Of a stretch of DNA of 64,000 bases, positions 28,607 to 42,179 are shown piece after piece; position 1 is the stretch's first letter; every line of letters starts with the position of its first letter. The notes under the pieces are model-generated. The model was not told the origin of the DNA. It searched no databases and worked only from the letters and a program-made list of their open reading frames with translations. Origin of the DNA: Hydrolagus colliei (taxonomy: Eukaryota); assembly GCA_035084275.1 (NCBI GenBank), contig CM068748.1, forward strand, positions 6,882,001 through 6,946,000, read 5' to 3'. The position numbers and the translations under genes were made by a program.

Positions 28607-29810
28607 TTATAAAAACCTTTACCACAAATATTTTACCAGGGCTTCCATGAAGATTAAAAGAAAGTTTACAGGGTTTACATTAAAGCTAACATGGCTATAT
28701 ATGAAGGTATGAGTGTAATTTATTGCACAAAATTCATACACCTTGTAATAGGCTCAGAGAGGGACTGGGAACATTGTGGAATTCCACTTTTTTTTAATAC
28801 AGTGGTTAGTAACAAGCTTACACAGAGATTCTATACACACAAATAAAAAGTCATCACTTATGGCATTATCTTTCATTCCAGTTGCTTTGTTTTAAGAGAT
28901 GGAGGTGAAGTCTAAAAATTATGCAATCATAAAATCAAAATGTGCATAGCTACTGGTTTATATTCTTTACAAATAGGTTTATAAAGTCATTTAATTTTTC
29001 CCCAACAAGTCATAGATCATTCAGCCTAATAGATTTCTCATATAGTCAAATTATGTGCTGCACTGTCTCGTTGGGGAGAGGTGTGTAGGGGGCAGAATGG
29101 AAGGGAAGGGAAAGAAAAGCATCATAGACTAATCCCGTGCTCACCTATTGTTCAGAGTTGGCTATAATACATATCCTGCTCTGGCATGGGTTATTTTATA
29201 TGCTCTCATAGGGAACATAGCTGGTCCAAATAATGTCAGCAGTACCTCCTGTACAATAGTTTGCTTGCAGAAAGTGACATTAGTGGCATACGTACAGAAG
29301 TGTATCTATTAGTGGCGTATATAGAAGTGACCAGAGGCAATTGTTTTTACAGCACACCAAGTTACAATATGGGGTCAAATTGTATGGATCCAAACCACTG
29401 CATTATAATAAGGTCTAACTGTAAAATTGCATGGATATTAGCAGAGGGAAATACAAATTGAATTCTCCCCCTCCCTAACCCCATACCAGGACAAGAAGAT
29501 TAACAATGCGAACTACTGCATTGCTCTACTGTTGGGAATAGTTGATAAACAGATTAAGAAAAAAGCAAATACTGGACACTTCTGGTTTTGTATGGCGTCC
29601 AACACACTGCATTTTCACACCAAGTCTTTGAGGATTTCTGCAGTTTTAGTAGCCTTTTTTAAAAAAAAAATGTTTTAATTATATAATCCTGGAAACACTA
29701 CCATAGAAAGTGCCGTACCTTAGATTCAAGTTACCAAAACTGAAATAAAACCAACATCAACTGAGTTAAGTCTTCATCATTGAATGTAATGAAAGAAAAT
29801 AAATCTATTA

Positions 29811-29903
<93 letters not shown>

Positions 29904-30431
29904 CTAGCAAAGAAAGTGAAAGTTTTTTAAAATATATATATATATACGGTATAAAGTTTCAAAACAACCCCATTCGTAAAAGGCCCTTGCACCATCACTA
30001 GCTAATGTGATCAGAGTTGCTCTTAGCATCTTTGCACTTTAGGTTTCTGCTGGCAAAAATGTGCCTTGCAGTGCCGGTAGGCACACCTACTAACAGAAAG
30101 GGGAACATAGTAGTCATTTAACCAATTCTCTTAAACACTGTGCATAGATGGAATGTTGCCCACATGTGAACTTTGCACCTAACTGGTAGAAGATGTTAAA
30201 ACAGCTGCTCAAAGCAGTCATAAAATCACTTTAGTACAAGTCAGGGAAGAAACAATAGGACTTCAGGCAATTGGTAGCCATGTATCTTGAGCAACCAATA
30301 ACTTCAGTCACTATTGGTTTACAATGATGCACCATGTCTCCCATATATGGTTTCACACCTAATTGGAAGATGTGTGACTTTTTGCAAGTTCCAGAGAAAT
30401 AAAAACTAAAAACCACTGGTACGTTTCTCAC

Positions 30432-30587
30432 CATGCCATTGTTATCTTTCGGTTGCAAATCAATAGCTCGAATGATGTAAATGCGCACGATGCATTCCTG
30501 AGGCACGCTGTCCGGCAACTCACAGAACTGCCGTGGAGGCTGCTCCACACTCGGGTCATCGCTTAAAGGATAGATTTTGAAGGAACC
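30432..30587 (-). CDS. MYOF: MYOF exon (~42), C2 domain start
   Basis: 156 nt; [52 protein letters not shown]. Confidence 0.95.
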
Positions 30588-30957
30588 CTAGAAAGCAAGG
30601 GCAACTGAAAGTTAACTAAAGCACTCTGAATAGACTACATGCACATCAGAAGATGAATAATTTTGCTGAATCATAAATTAGACCAGACCACACATTGTAC
30701 AATTTAGACATTTAGTGTTATAAATGAGACCCCCCAGAAAATATGAAAAGCGCTATATCAAATGTAAGGATTATTAATTATTATATTTGCATTGGAAGAA
30801 CAGAAGTCAGAAAACAAGTTTCCTCACCCCCAGTGGTTTACCAAGACCTAACACAAGGGAAAGAGCACAAAGAAAAGCATGTGCTGTTCACAAATAATCA
30901 AGTGTGGTTAATAAACATTTAAATAAGACATAGGATGAAGAGTAGGAGCTTCCAATC

Positions 30958-31200
30958 AACACCAACAAAAGTGCACTTATATAGCGCCTTTCACGTCGGG
31001 AGGACGTCCCAAAGCGCTGAACAGTCAGGTCGGGATCGGAGTGGGGGAGAGGGGTGGGGGGGGTGGGAGGAGAGTGGGAGAGGGGGAAGAGTTAGTGGAG
31101 CAGCCGAAGGCATGGTCGAAGAGGAAGGTCTTGAGACCGGCCTTGAAGGAGGAAAGGGAGGAAGCAAGGAGGAGGGGCTGCGGGATGGAGTTCCAACACC
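30958..31200 (-). mobile_element. L2-type LINE 3' fragment
   Basis: Matches the 3' end of the RT-bearing element at 51773-53113. Confidence 0.75.
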
Positions 31201-31808
31201 AAGCTCTTCAGAAGCACTGTATAGCTCCTGACATTCAATATATGCACATAAACATATTAAAAGAGACTAGGGGGGTTTATTTATTTGAGATTATGAGAGC
31301 ACTCAAAAGTGCAAAACTGCTTTTGAAACCAATCATTTCTTATTAATTGTCAGATGTAACTTTTTTGTACAAAAAAATTCAGTCCATCACAGCCTCAAAA
31401 AGGATACATTTTAATTCCCAAATTTGCCCAATATACTTATTTAGTTACCAACATTTGAATACAGGTGTACCCATTGCAAACCATGAGATGTCATGATATA
31501 GATTTTAGACTACTGAATAGGTTATTGAATTTCCTATTAACAATGACTAGATACTTGATGTAAAAGCCTAAAATAGCATACCTAGGCATTTATTGCTAAA
31601 AGGAAGAAAAAGAGGTTTGAGAGAAATACAAGCTTCCAGTAACCAAAGAAGGAAGATAAAGATTGTTTTTTTTAATTCAAAAGTCATTAAACTGTGAAGA
31701 GCATCTGCAGCAGGAGGGATTATGTTTTGCCACACCATTAATTATTTTCACTCGCATCCTGACAGAAACACTACCGGTTAGATATCTTATCTCCCTTATT
31801 ACTGGTTA

Positions 31809-32101
31809 GGAGTCCTGTAGCTCAGTGGCTAGAGCAGTTGCCTTACAAGTGAGAGACCTGGGTTCAATTCCCAGCAGGTCAGGGCGAAACCTTGGACAAG
31901 TTTCATTACTCCACATGCCTACTAATAATCCCTCAAATAAAATAATAAATTGATTGCTGTGTACAATTGGCTGCTGTATTTCACTCACATATATCTAGTC
32001 AAAATCCAGTCATTTCACTTTACAGTGAATATTCTATGAAGCACTTTGAGATGTTTAGAAGACATGGAAAGCACTATATCAAACAACAAGGATTATTATT
32101 A
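31809..32101 (+). mobile_element. tRNA-derived SINE
   Basis: Same family as 607-913. Confidence 0.85.
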
Positions 32102-33986
32102 GAATATCTCTACAGGACAAATTCTACAGCAGTTTTGAAAATCTCACTTCCTTTATATATCACACATTTCTCCTTCCAATGATGTATCCAAACGCCTTTT
32201 TAGGAGCCAATGTACTAGTATTTCTGAACTTTACTGATCTAACATTCATTCATGTAATTAACCAGCACTCATTTGAAGCAAGCATGTTAGCTTCTCTGAT
32301 CCTGATGTGGCCTGTTGTAGGGGTGTGAGTTTATGACCACTGGTTGCCTCCATTATGCCACCTAAATGATCACTGTTAATGTGTGAACACCACCTGTGAA
32401 TGTTGGAAGGCTACTCAACCATTGAGTGTTGAGGCTTGATCCCTTCCCCACCCAGCTGTATACAACCGTAGAGGTGCAGGGGAAAGAGCAGTACTGTTTC
32501 CCCCTGCGCTCTGTCCCCTGGAAGGCTGGGGTCAACTTAACCCTCTCATGTAGCTCTGGTTGAAATTTTGTGCCAATGTTGAGGAACATGGTTAGCCAAC
32601 GTGCAGGATTGGGGAGTTGGAGGGGTGGGGAAAGACTAGAAGATGCACTGCAATGCCACGACCCCTCCAGCAATCTGACAGAGAATGATGGAATTTGTGT
32701 TGCTTGCATGTTCAGTATCATGTTAAGATGACCTTTCTGCATTCTGTTGGATACACAGGTCAAAAAAATGACAGTTTCCATATCTTGCTCATTCCTCGGT
32801 TGTAAAGCAATACCCTGGGTCACACCCCCAGGGCTCCATTAGGCTTTTGGTATTCTCTTATGACAGAATAATATGACACATAGGCTGAAAATGCATCTCA
32901 TACATCTTCAGGCTACACAGGCAGTTCCAAAGGGACAATTTACCCTGAAATTTTAGTATTTGCATCCTGGAAAAGATTAGGAGATAGGAACACAGGCTGT
33001 GTTCACCACCAAGGTGAACGTTTATTGGCATGCTGCACGCTGACCACTACAGAGCGGCTAGATGGCTTCTGGCATCATATGCTCATGTAGAAGACCTAAA
33101 TTTAATTGTGACTTAGGCTCCGTGAGTTCAAAATGCATTAACTTGGAGAGAGAGCAAAAATATGTTGCATAAGGCACCATTAGTATTCAGGAAGGTGCAT
33201 TTCACCTTGTTGCAGTAGCCTTGGGCAAGAGCTGGGTGTGCAGCTATCATTGCAATTGTTCTCTGGTTTTGCTATGTTTGAGAGGACCTAGTTCATCATC
33301 CAATTTCCATTATTGGACCACAGAAATTTTTTCCCCACTTGGTGACTCCAGGTTGTCTATACTCTGCCCAAAAATAACATGACAATGCCTTGATATCTGA
33401 TGTGGTCAAATCTCAGTCTGCTTAAAATTTACAGCACTTGATTTGATTCTTGTTAGAAACAATGATATGGTCCAAAGACAGCCTACATGCTGTCTTGAAG
33501 TGTTGAGGCGGCAATGTCAGGTATGGAAGATCAAGTTCTTTAGGGCGAACTGGAGCAAAACATCTATGCTCCGAAACTGCTTTGGGCTAAGAGTAATTTG
33601 TGACTGATAGCAGACAAGGAAATCATCTATTAAGTAGGATTTGTGTGGGTTTGAGTGGAGGCTTAATTCCTTCCCCATGAGTTGGAGAGACCACCACTGG
33701 GCCCAAGATACAGCTGTGTTTGCGGATTATTTTGTCTGTCTGAGCTCCTAAGGTATAGCCTGGAACATGTAGCGTTGGATTTTGGTTGCTTAAAAAAAAG
33801 GTAACCTAGAAGTTGGTAGTCAAGTGCATCTTTAGAATAGGGGAGTGACAGCAATTTCATCAATTACCTGAACAGTACAAAAGAACTAAGGAGTAAGAGG
33901 TCGTGCCCAACTAACCGGATAGAGCAAAAAGGTCAAACAGAGGATATATGTTTGACTAAGCTTTATGACAAAGAACAGTCAATCAC

Positions 33987-34109
33987 CTTAAATTCACCCA
34001 CAACTGACGGGTCTTCATCATCCTGCTTTCCTCTGAACAGGTGAAAAGTGCTGCAGAAATCGGTCAATCCTTTAAATTCAGGAACATTCTCCAGTTCGGT
34101 ATTGTACAC
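33987..34109 (-). CDS. MYOF: MYOF exon (~41)
   Basis: 123 nt; [41 protein letters not shown]. Confidence 0.95.
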
Positions 34110-35502
34110 CTATTGTAAAGATGTTAAAATGTGATCAAGACAAAGAAACATATGCAACAGCTAGACAAGGCATTTCAGTGGGCTACTAACTAGCCCACCT
34201 TCACTTTTTGCCTAGAAGGCAAAAGTCGTCTTATCTAGATGCAGTTTGGGGCTGTTTATAAGACTGTTTATTGGTAACAGTGAGGGCCAGGTGTAATCTG
34301 AAAATATCCAGGCAATGTCAGTTTTAAAAAATCATTTCTCTTAATTGTGTTGACAGTTACATGACTCCAGGCAATCCGAAATGTTGACCTTTTTAGTTTA
34401 AGTGAAGAGAAATATGGAATCCGAATTGAATGGAAAAGTAGCCACAGAAGATGCTGGGTGATAGCATCTTGATAATTCTCCAGCACTATCAAGGAGGAGA
34501 TATTTACCCAATTATTTCTTGAAATAGTTATTAATAAAAGTAGTTTTTGTCGGGTGTCTCATATACATATCCAGTTCTCTGTGATGTTTACTTTGTCAAA
34601 TAACAGATACCCTTTAGTGCTCCAGGTCAAATATTTCATCAAACCAATTCAGCAGAAGAATCAGCACCTTCAGGAAGAAACCGAAAAGAAATGCACTACA
34701 AAAATATACCCAACCCAATGAATCAAGAATTTTGAGCAAGTTGCCATCCGTTTTTAAATACACCCAATAGAATTAACCATCAATAGACTCAAATATTTGA
34801 AGATGACCCAAGTTCACGCAAAATGGCATGGATCAAATCACACTCCATGAATCATATCACATGTTAGCAGACCTGAACTAACAATAGTTGGACTTGCAAC
34901 TAAAACTAGTTTTCGCAGAATTAACTGGAAAGAATTTACATAAGCAGCAAGTGAATCCTGAAATTGAACTTTCCAGGTTGATTCAGTTTTCATTTAAACT
35001 GCAAGTGGTCCATCTACAGAGCACGAGAAGAACTGCACCATCGGGTTTCCAGAAAAAACAGAGCAAAATGGGTTTAAGTTTGGCAAAGTTTAATTTAAAA
35101 GAGGTTGAGGGATGATTAAATGGCTTCGACAATGCAAATTGTAAAAACTTGTCTCAAGAATTACTGTCCAGAAGAGAAAGTTATATGTAAATTTAATTTT
35201 GACCAAAGTGAAAACAAATTCAAATTTCTTCCATTTCCATCACATGTGTTTGAATTCTCTGTTCTGCCCTCCACAAGGAATGCGTTTGCATGCAGGATAA
35301 CATATTAAATCAATACAAAAGTATTACAATGAAGGCAACATGCAAACAAATGAGATTATTGCTATTACAGGCACCTGAGAAGGTTGACACAGTTTTGATT
35401 TGTGCATTAAAATAGGTAGGCATCAAAGTAAAAGTGTCAAATAACAAAACAATAGAATCTGGAATACAAGAGTTTAAAAAAACAGTCAAATGCTAACGTT
35501 AC

Positions 35503-35601
35503 CTTTAGCGTATCATAGCCTTTCTGAAGATAAATGCCACATCGGTCCAGTTCCCCTATGGAGGCGTAAAACTTGCTCCACCAGTCAATTGATTCATCCT
35601 G
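35503..35601 (-). CDS. MYOF: MYOF exon (~40), NAGNAG acceptor
   Basis: tttag|CAG|GAT; (Q)[32 protein letters not shown]. Confidence 0.94.
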
Positions 35602-36623
35602 CTAAACAGAACGTTAGCAACACCTTTATAGTATAATTTAGACATGTACAATATTCACCTATGGGACCTAGGGAGGATTACAGACATTTGCTGAAGGACA
35701 AATTTACGAGACGCAGTGAAGTTAGGTAGCAATAATCACAATTTAATCCCATGAATTGCAGTGAAGCTACAAAAAATAGTTCCTTGAAAATCTCACTGAG
35801 GACTGGGTTGAAGGCTTAAAAGGTGGAAGTATCATCTTATCCATTAGGATTGTATTTGCCATCTGCTACATCTACAATGCTAATCTGCAAAGCTAATCTA
35901 AAACAGAACTCCTCTAAGTATTTATGATATTCAGGATTATTAGATTTAAAGATAGATAAATTGAAGGACTCAACTAGGCATTTGAACTGGTGGGCAAGAT
36001 TGATTACTGTGTTGCTAAATCTAAAGTTAATCTTGCAAAGTTAATATTTCAAATCTAACATAACTTTACAATGTGCGGTGCCAGTTAGGTGAAATTTGAA
36101 GAGCATGACTGAGCCTGTTATTTAGCAATATTAAACACCACTCAATGTGACAAATTATGAACCCTAGTTTCCTTCAATGAAAAGTATGTTGTCGTCCTTG
36201 CAAGGTTCACACTAGTACCCACGTACTTCTGCCTCAAATTCATTAAATTCCCTGGTAGCTCACTCAGGTTGAACCAGACAGTGCTTCTTTGAGGTTCTGC
36301 TTGATCTCAAGTGAAATTTCAAACCCCATCTCCAGTTCGTAGGCTAGACCTCCTTCCACTTTCAAAACATTACCGTTTTACGTCCCAACCCCACCAACCA
36401 CTGCTTTTCTTTCTCAGTCATGCTTCATTTACTTCAAAGTTAGATTTTCATTGCACTCTTCATCAGACTCCTTAATGCCATTCTCTAGAAGCCTTTACTG
36501 ATCCAGAACTCTGCAGCCTGAAATCTCATCCCCAAGATGCCTCTAGGTCTGTATGGTACTACTATGGATGCCTCAGTTAAGATTTTGCCCATCCCAATCT
36601 CCAAAATGTCAGCTTCACACCTA

Positions 36624-36797
36624 TAACAATAATCGTCCTTGCATTTGATATAGCGCTTTGCAAGTCTTCTAGGTGTCTCAAAGTATTTCACAGAATATAC
36701 TGTAAAGTGAATTTACTGCATTTTGTGAGCGAAACGCAGCAGCCAACTGTGTAGCAGTGTCCCATAAACAGTCATGGATTGAAATGACTAATTTTAT
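36624..36797 (-). mobile_element. SINE 3' half
   Basis: Reverse-complement of the SINE body and tail. Confidence 0.8.
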
Positions 36798-36913
36798 TAA
36801 AATACCAACTTCAAACTCAATGCAGTCATCCTTGATAGTGAAATAGACCACTTGCTGCCTCCAGTTGCATTTTGGATTGCAATAAAACCCATAATTCTAA
36901 TTAAGTTACTTAC

Positions 36914-36922
36914 CTTTACAGC
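36914..36922 (-). CDS. MYOF: Candidate 9-nt microexon (AVK), position of human exon 39
   Basis: Long pyrimidine tract ...aaacag|GCTGTAAAG|gtaagt, consensus donor, phase 0-0. Confidence 0.65.
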
Positions 36923-37169
36923 CTGTTTGACACCATGATATCGATTCAAAGTGGGGCCAATAAAAGAAAAAGAAGAGTTGAGAAAAAATCAGCGAATAGA
37001 ATAATAAAATGCATCTGGAATAATTGGAAGAATGCATCATTTCCAGGCAAGATTAAAATGGACATTTTAGTTTTCAGTAGGAAGTGATTTTTCAGTACTA
37101 TAATTCCCCCCTTACCACCTACCATTCCCACTAAGAGGAGTGTTCAAATGGGATTTATTTATTACATAC

Positions 37170-37190
37170 CTCTTCAGGATGGTAGCTGGA
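37170..37190 (-). CDS. MYOF: Candidate microexon (21 nt, or 16 nt from the internal acceptor)
   Basis: cattcag|TCCAG|CTACCATCCTGAAGAG|gtatgt; SSYHPEE; TGCATG ~20 nt upstream. Confidence 0.5.
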
Positions 37191-37948
37191 CTGAATGCAT
37201 TATTTACACTCATGCAGGCAACATATAAGATTAAAAAAATTACAACGGGTTAAAATGGTCAGTTTCAGAAATTTTGTTCCCACTGTAAGTAAAATGTGTT
37301 TAACACTGATGGATTTTACGAAGGTATGTAATGAATAATTAATGTTAGTACCAGAATTATTTAATTCCAAAGGAAATCTTCTTTTTAAAAGAAAAAATAA
37401 TGCAGCTCCATATAATGATCATGCAATGCTTTAAAGGGAATGAAACCAAACTTATCACCCAATTTATGACAAATTATGTCTCTGACAAATTCAAGTTTCA
37501 AATTTCCTGTGTATTCAGAAATATTCTCTTCCTATCAGCCTACACAGTCTTAACTGACATACTTCTTTAAAAGAAATCCATACAGCATTATTAACAGCAT
37601 GCAAAAGCTCAATGGCTCACACTGCATAGTTTCATACTACATATCTGTGAAGACTGATACGCAGCCATTCTTGCAGATTCATTCATATCAGTGGACCCAG
37701 TCTTTGATTTATTTAGTAAGAAAAGATAAGGAATTTGTTTACAATGCTGTATAGTTTAAAGATGATCCTTGATGGACCTTATTTTCCAAAGAATTAAAAT
37801 GTAATCTGTGTAGGCCATGAGAGAAGATAATGTCTAATTGGAATTTGAGATTGTGTTATTGGATGAGTTTGGATTTAGAAGGGGTTACAGAGTAACAGAC
37901 TATGACTGCTTTGCTTGCATATAAATATTGAATCTTAAAACGTCTTAC

Positions 37949-38016
37949 CATTGCAATCGATACACTAAATCTTGCCAACAGCTAGCTTTCCTTGAATTTC
38001 TCTTAGCAGCCAAGCA
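37949..38016 (-). CDS. MYOF: Speculative 68-nt alternative exon
   Basis: ttaacag|open frame CLAAKRNSRKASCWQDLVYRLQ+TG|gtaaga; frame is restored only with the 16-nt form of the next microexon. Confidence 0.3.
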
Positions 38017-38077
38017 CTGTTAAGCATTTTAATTTGCAATTTGCCTTATATGATTACTTAAAAAGGCTTACTTTAAA

Positions 38078-38450
38078 AGCTTACATAGTTTATATAGTGC
38101 CTTTCACTTTGGGAGAATGTCTCAAAGCGCTTCACTAGACGCCCAAGTTTGGGTGCAGTTGGGGAACAGAGAGAAGTGGTGACCAAAAGTGCAGTTGAAA
38201 AGACGGTTCTTAAAAGTGGAGGGGGCAAGATGGAGAGGGACTCTAAGATGAAATTCCAGAGAGGGTGCAGATTGGCTGAAAATCTGCCTACTGTTGATGG
38301 TGGACAAAGAAGGGGAGTAGGGTTGAAGAGGTAGGTTGGAGCAAGGCTACAGGGGGCAAATTGAAAGTGAGGATGAGGTTCCTGAATTTGATCTACTAGG
38401 AAATAAGGAGATTCTATCAGTACAGAATGAGGGACAGGAGAAAGCAATAA
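38078..38450 (-). mobile_element. L2-type LINE 3' fragment (degraded)
   Basis: tttatatagtgcctttcac...ctcaaagcgcttcac tail followed by purine-rich L2 3' region; similar to ~23490-23810. Confidence 0.55.
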
Positions 38451-38982
38451 GGGTTCATGACAAAACAAAGTGCTGGGATTGTATCTAGGGTTCAGATTCA
38501 GAGCCAGGAAGAGTCACCTGGAATTACAGTGCAAGGCATTTAGAGTCAATCTTGCCAAGCATTCAATTACTCCCATTGAAATGTACTAACCCCAAAATAG
38601 TTATTCGACCTTTTGGTCCGTATGGATTTTCCCCAGCTATTTACAAAACCTTTGAAAGAAACAAAACTAGTCCCAATTGCAGTTTAAGTCAATCCAACAG
38701 TTATACAAAAGAAAAAGGCAATGTAAGAAGCAGTTTCTACCGAGGTCAGTTAGAGAACTGAAATTGGAGAATAGATGCAGCTGTGCACTAAATGAAGCTA
38801 TTCAGGGATATTAATATCCAGGAAAGAGCGCTAGCTGTTGGCAGGGAGCTTGGTTGCAAAATACTGGAAGCAGCAGATATAGTAGTTACTCCTACAATTT
38901 CACACAAAGTGATGGAAAAAATTAGAGTTTTCAGACTTTTAACCAGAATTGTCTTTTCTATGTAGTCACTTCACATACATAC

Positions 38983-39039
38983 ATGCAGAGTCGACGGAGT
39001 AGCCATTTTGATGACTGCTTTGGTCATACTGTCTACAAA
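38983..39039 (-). CDS. MYOF: Alternative exon homologous to human MYOF exon 38a
   Basis: ctaactttcag|57 nt, phase 0-0|gtatgt; FVDSMTKAVIKMATPSTLH vs recalled human CLSSMSTALSKMASPATVH. Confidence 0.85.
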
Positions 39040-39319
39040 CTGAAAGTTAGAAGGTATTGCATGAGTTCCATCACTGGTAGCTTTTAAGAGTCACATTCCT
39101 CATCCAAGCCATTCAAACTCTAGCTTGACTGAAAACTTTAAAATGTAGAATACAATGTGATGATCATTACTTTCACATACTAGGTTTAGTAAGTTCCCTT
39201 TATTGGCAAGATGCACACTGGTTGGCCAATAAATACGGTAAATACATTATGCAATCAAAGTATATATAAAGCAAATCAAGCTAAGAATAGAACCTGCAAT
39301 TAATTCAGATCCACATAGT

Positions 39320-39745
39320 AACAAATTGCATTTATATAGTACCTTTCACATCAGGAGGATGTTCCAAGGTGCTGGACAGTCAAGGGTTTACAAGTGAGGT
39401 GCAGGCTGGAATCAAGAGGAGTGAAGGCCAAGGGGGTGATGGTGTGAAGATGACTGAAGGCATGGTTGGAGGGGAAGGTCTCGAGAAGGAGGCAAGGCAG
39501 GGGGAATAGCAGAGAGACTCCCGGATGGAGTTCCAGAGGGTGGGTGCAAAATGGCTCAAGACTCAACCTCCGATTGTGGGATGTGGAGCAGGCCAGTAGC
39601 TGCTGAGTGGAGGGAATGGACCATTTGGGAGGTCACAGCAGTAGAGTGAACAAGATCATGGAGGCCTTTAAAGGCGAGGACAAGGATTTTGAACTTGATC
39701 TTTAAAAGGGAGGGATTAGGAGCCAGTGAAGCTGGGCAAGGATGA
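39320..39745 (-). mobile_element. L2-type LINE 3' fragment
   Basis: Collinear with 51773-52220. Confidence 0.75.
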
Positions 39746-40039
39746 TGATGATCAGATCATCAGTTTAACCAAATCACACCTTGCCACTTCCCATTATTAT
39801 GCATACATGCAGTCATTAGACCATCTGCTCTATTCAAATAAAGTAATTTTCAATCATCAGTGAATCAGCTCAGAGAATATTGAGGTTCTCTCTTTTGTAG
39901 TTTTTGAAAATGGAAAGTATTTTGAAACCCAAACCACCATGGGGAGAACAATTGGGGTAATTGATTTGATAGTTGTCACATATCAAATGCAAATTCTCCC
40001 CATCTCTTTATGTTCTGTGATTAAGATGGATTAAGTTAC

Positions 40040-40110
40040 CTGTGTTTCCAGGAGAGGTTTTTGGTCATCCACGTCAATCACACATTCGCGGGCAGATGAA
40101 AGTAAAGAAG
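40040..40110 (-). CDS. MYOF: MYOF exon (~38)
   Basis: 71 nt; SLLSSARECVIDVDDQKPLLETQ (human SLLSAPPCRDIVIEMEDTKPLLASK). Confidence 0.9.
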
Positions 40111-40294
40111 CTGCAAGAAATTAAGCCACTATTATGAAAGTTGCATCCCAGTTCTCCGGAATTTATAGAATCCAATTCATTATACGTGATGAACTGGAGA
40201 GGATTCTGGCCTTCTCAATAACTATGAAGAGTGATCAAACTATTTAACAAATCAGTTTGCATAAGAGCAGATTTTAGTCCATCTTTAATAATTT

Positions 40295-40690
40295 GGCTTT
40301 ACTCAGTTGGTAGCACTTTCACCCCAGAGTCAAAAGATTGTCGGTTGAAGTCTCTGGTCAAGTCTTTGATCTTGGGGTGATGGGTGACTGCTGCAATGTT
40401 GGTGATGCCATTGTTTGGATGGATATTAAAGGATACCCCTTCTGCTAATTCATGTGGGCGTTAAGGATCCCATGGCACTTTTCCAAAAGAGCAAGGAGTT
40501 TCCTCCAGTGTTCTTGCCAACAATCCCCCAGATAAATGTTGTCATTTACTTCATTCATGACCTTTTGTGGGTCATGGTTGTATACAAATTGGCTATACCT
40601 ACAAATAATCACTACACTTTACAGGACAAGCCTATGAAGCGCTTTAAGATGTTTTGATGACATAAGGCGCCCTATCAAATGTAAAGATTT
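40295..40690 (+). mobile_element. SINE with tRNA head and Deu-like domain
   Basis: ctcagttggtagcact head; ttaaggatcccatggcact core; family 3' tail. Confidence 0.55.
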
Positions 40691-40742
40691 TAAATAACTT
40701 TAATCCATGATCCTTAAGACTATGAGGAAAAGTATACAATAC

Positions 40743-40908
40743 CTTTTGATTGCATTCCAACAGTTTCTTTTTGAGCAAATGGGTCACTCCGATATGCTTG
40801 CAGTGATTGAATTGTGCACTGTCCAACCACTGGTTTACGTCCAAATGGTCTGTGGTCAATGACCTTTATGACAATGGGGGGTGCATACATTTCTTCTTTT
40901 GGCAGAAG
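40743..40908 (-). CDS. MYOF: MYOF exon (~37)
   Basis: 166 nt; [44 protein letters not shown]. Confidence 0.95.
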
Positions 40909-41535
40909 CTAGAAACATACAGACGTCCTAGGATTAAGTGTTTTCAGGTTACTGGTGAGAGATTTAGTTCATTTACTCCAAGGGTGAATTTCATTTTTTG
41001 CAAACCATTTCCACTCTCTGCAGAGTGTGGAACAACAACCACACCGCAAGGCTCTAACAGTTCAGAAACTTTTTAAAACCTGTGAAATTCCATTAACTTT
41101 TAAATTGCTGAAAGTAACAATCTCAGAATAATTGAGAAAACAAGTATGAGATTGTCACTGTAGAAATCCATGCGCCAGGTGGCCCCTGTTGCATTATCCA
41201 CTTATTTGTGTATTATAAGTCCAGACAGCAAACTTTAATAAACTCTGACTATCACTCAAGCCAAATCAGGTTCTCATTTAATTTATACATTCTTCAGTAA
41301 GGTCTCCAGGCTTGTAGTTTCTCTTCTTCTTCTCCTCCTCCCCCTTCCCTCACCAAACCCGGCTCAATACAGCCCAAACCAGCCTATTTAGTGATCAATA
41401 CTGGGATATGTCCGTTTCTTGTGGCTCAATTCTACACTGTTGTCCTAACTCATCGGCTATTGAAAATTAAAATGGGAACAAATTAACAGATTGCTGTATC
41501 CTTTTAAAGCCGTAATTCTTGTAACCAACACATAC

Positions 41536-41697
41536 CACTTTCATGAAGAGAACGGAGCAAGGGAAGTTTGGATTTTTCTTAAGGCTCTTGATCACAGCAG
41601 ATTCAACATATGCACCACCACACTCCACAATGAGACTTGGGGAAGTAACGGCAGCTAACTGGTAATTCTTCATGTTCCGTAAACCCCATGTCAGAAT
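41536..41697 (-). CDS. MYOF: MYOF exon (~36)
   Basis: 162 nt; [28 protein letters not shown]...[13 protein letters not shown]. Confidence 0.95.
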
Positions 41698-41902
41698 CTG
41701 GGAGAAAGGAGCACATTCTTTAAATATAAATAATCTGCACTACAGTTAGGGAGAAATAAGATTTTCAACAATATCACATAAGGAAATGAAAATAAACTGC
41801 TCAGAGGAGGTTAGCACAGACCATACAAACTGTTCATTATGTTCAACTCAGCGATTAAATGTCAGCACCAACCAAATGCGACAGGATAAAAATTAGCCCT
41901 AC

Positions 41903-42004
41903 CTCCACTGCAGTGAGCTGCACAACAGGTCTGATGCCATGTGGCACCATGTACAAACTGGCTCCTCTGACGGGTGGAAGAATTGGCAAATTGGACCCAT
42001 CAGG
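41903..42004 (-). CDS. MYOF: MYOF exon (~35)
   Basis: 102 nt; PDGSNLPILPPVRGASLYMVPHGIRPVVQLTAVE. Confidence 0.94.
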
Positions 42005-42179
42005 CTGTTGGACACAAAATTATACTTACATTTTAAAAAACTCACAAAAGCTACCATGATTGAATAACATTGCTGTTATAACTCATTTTAACTCTTAAAT
42101 GAAATCACAATTTCTCGCTCACTGGGGAAAAACAGTAGCACAAATTCATTCCACTAAACAAAAGGCTTTAAAATATTAC

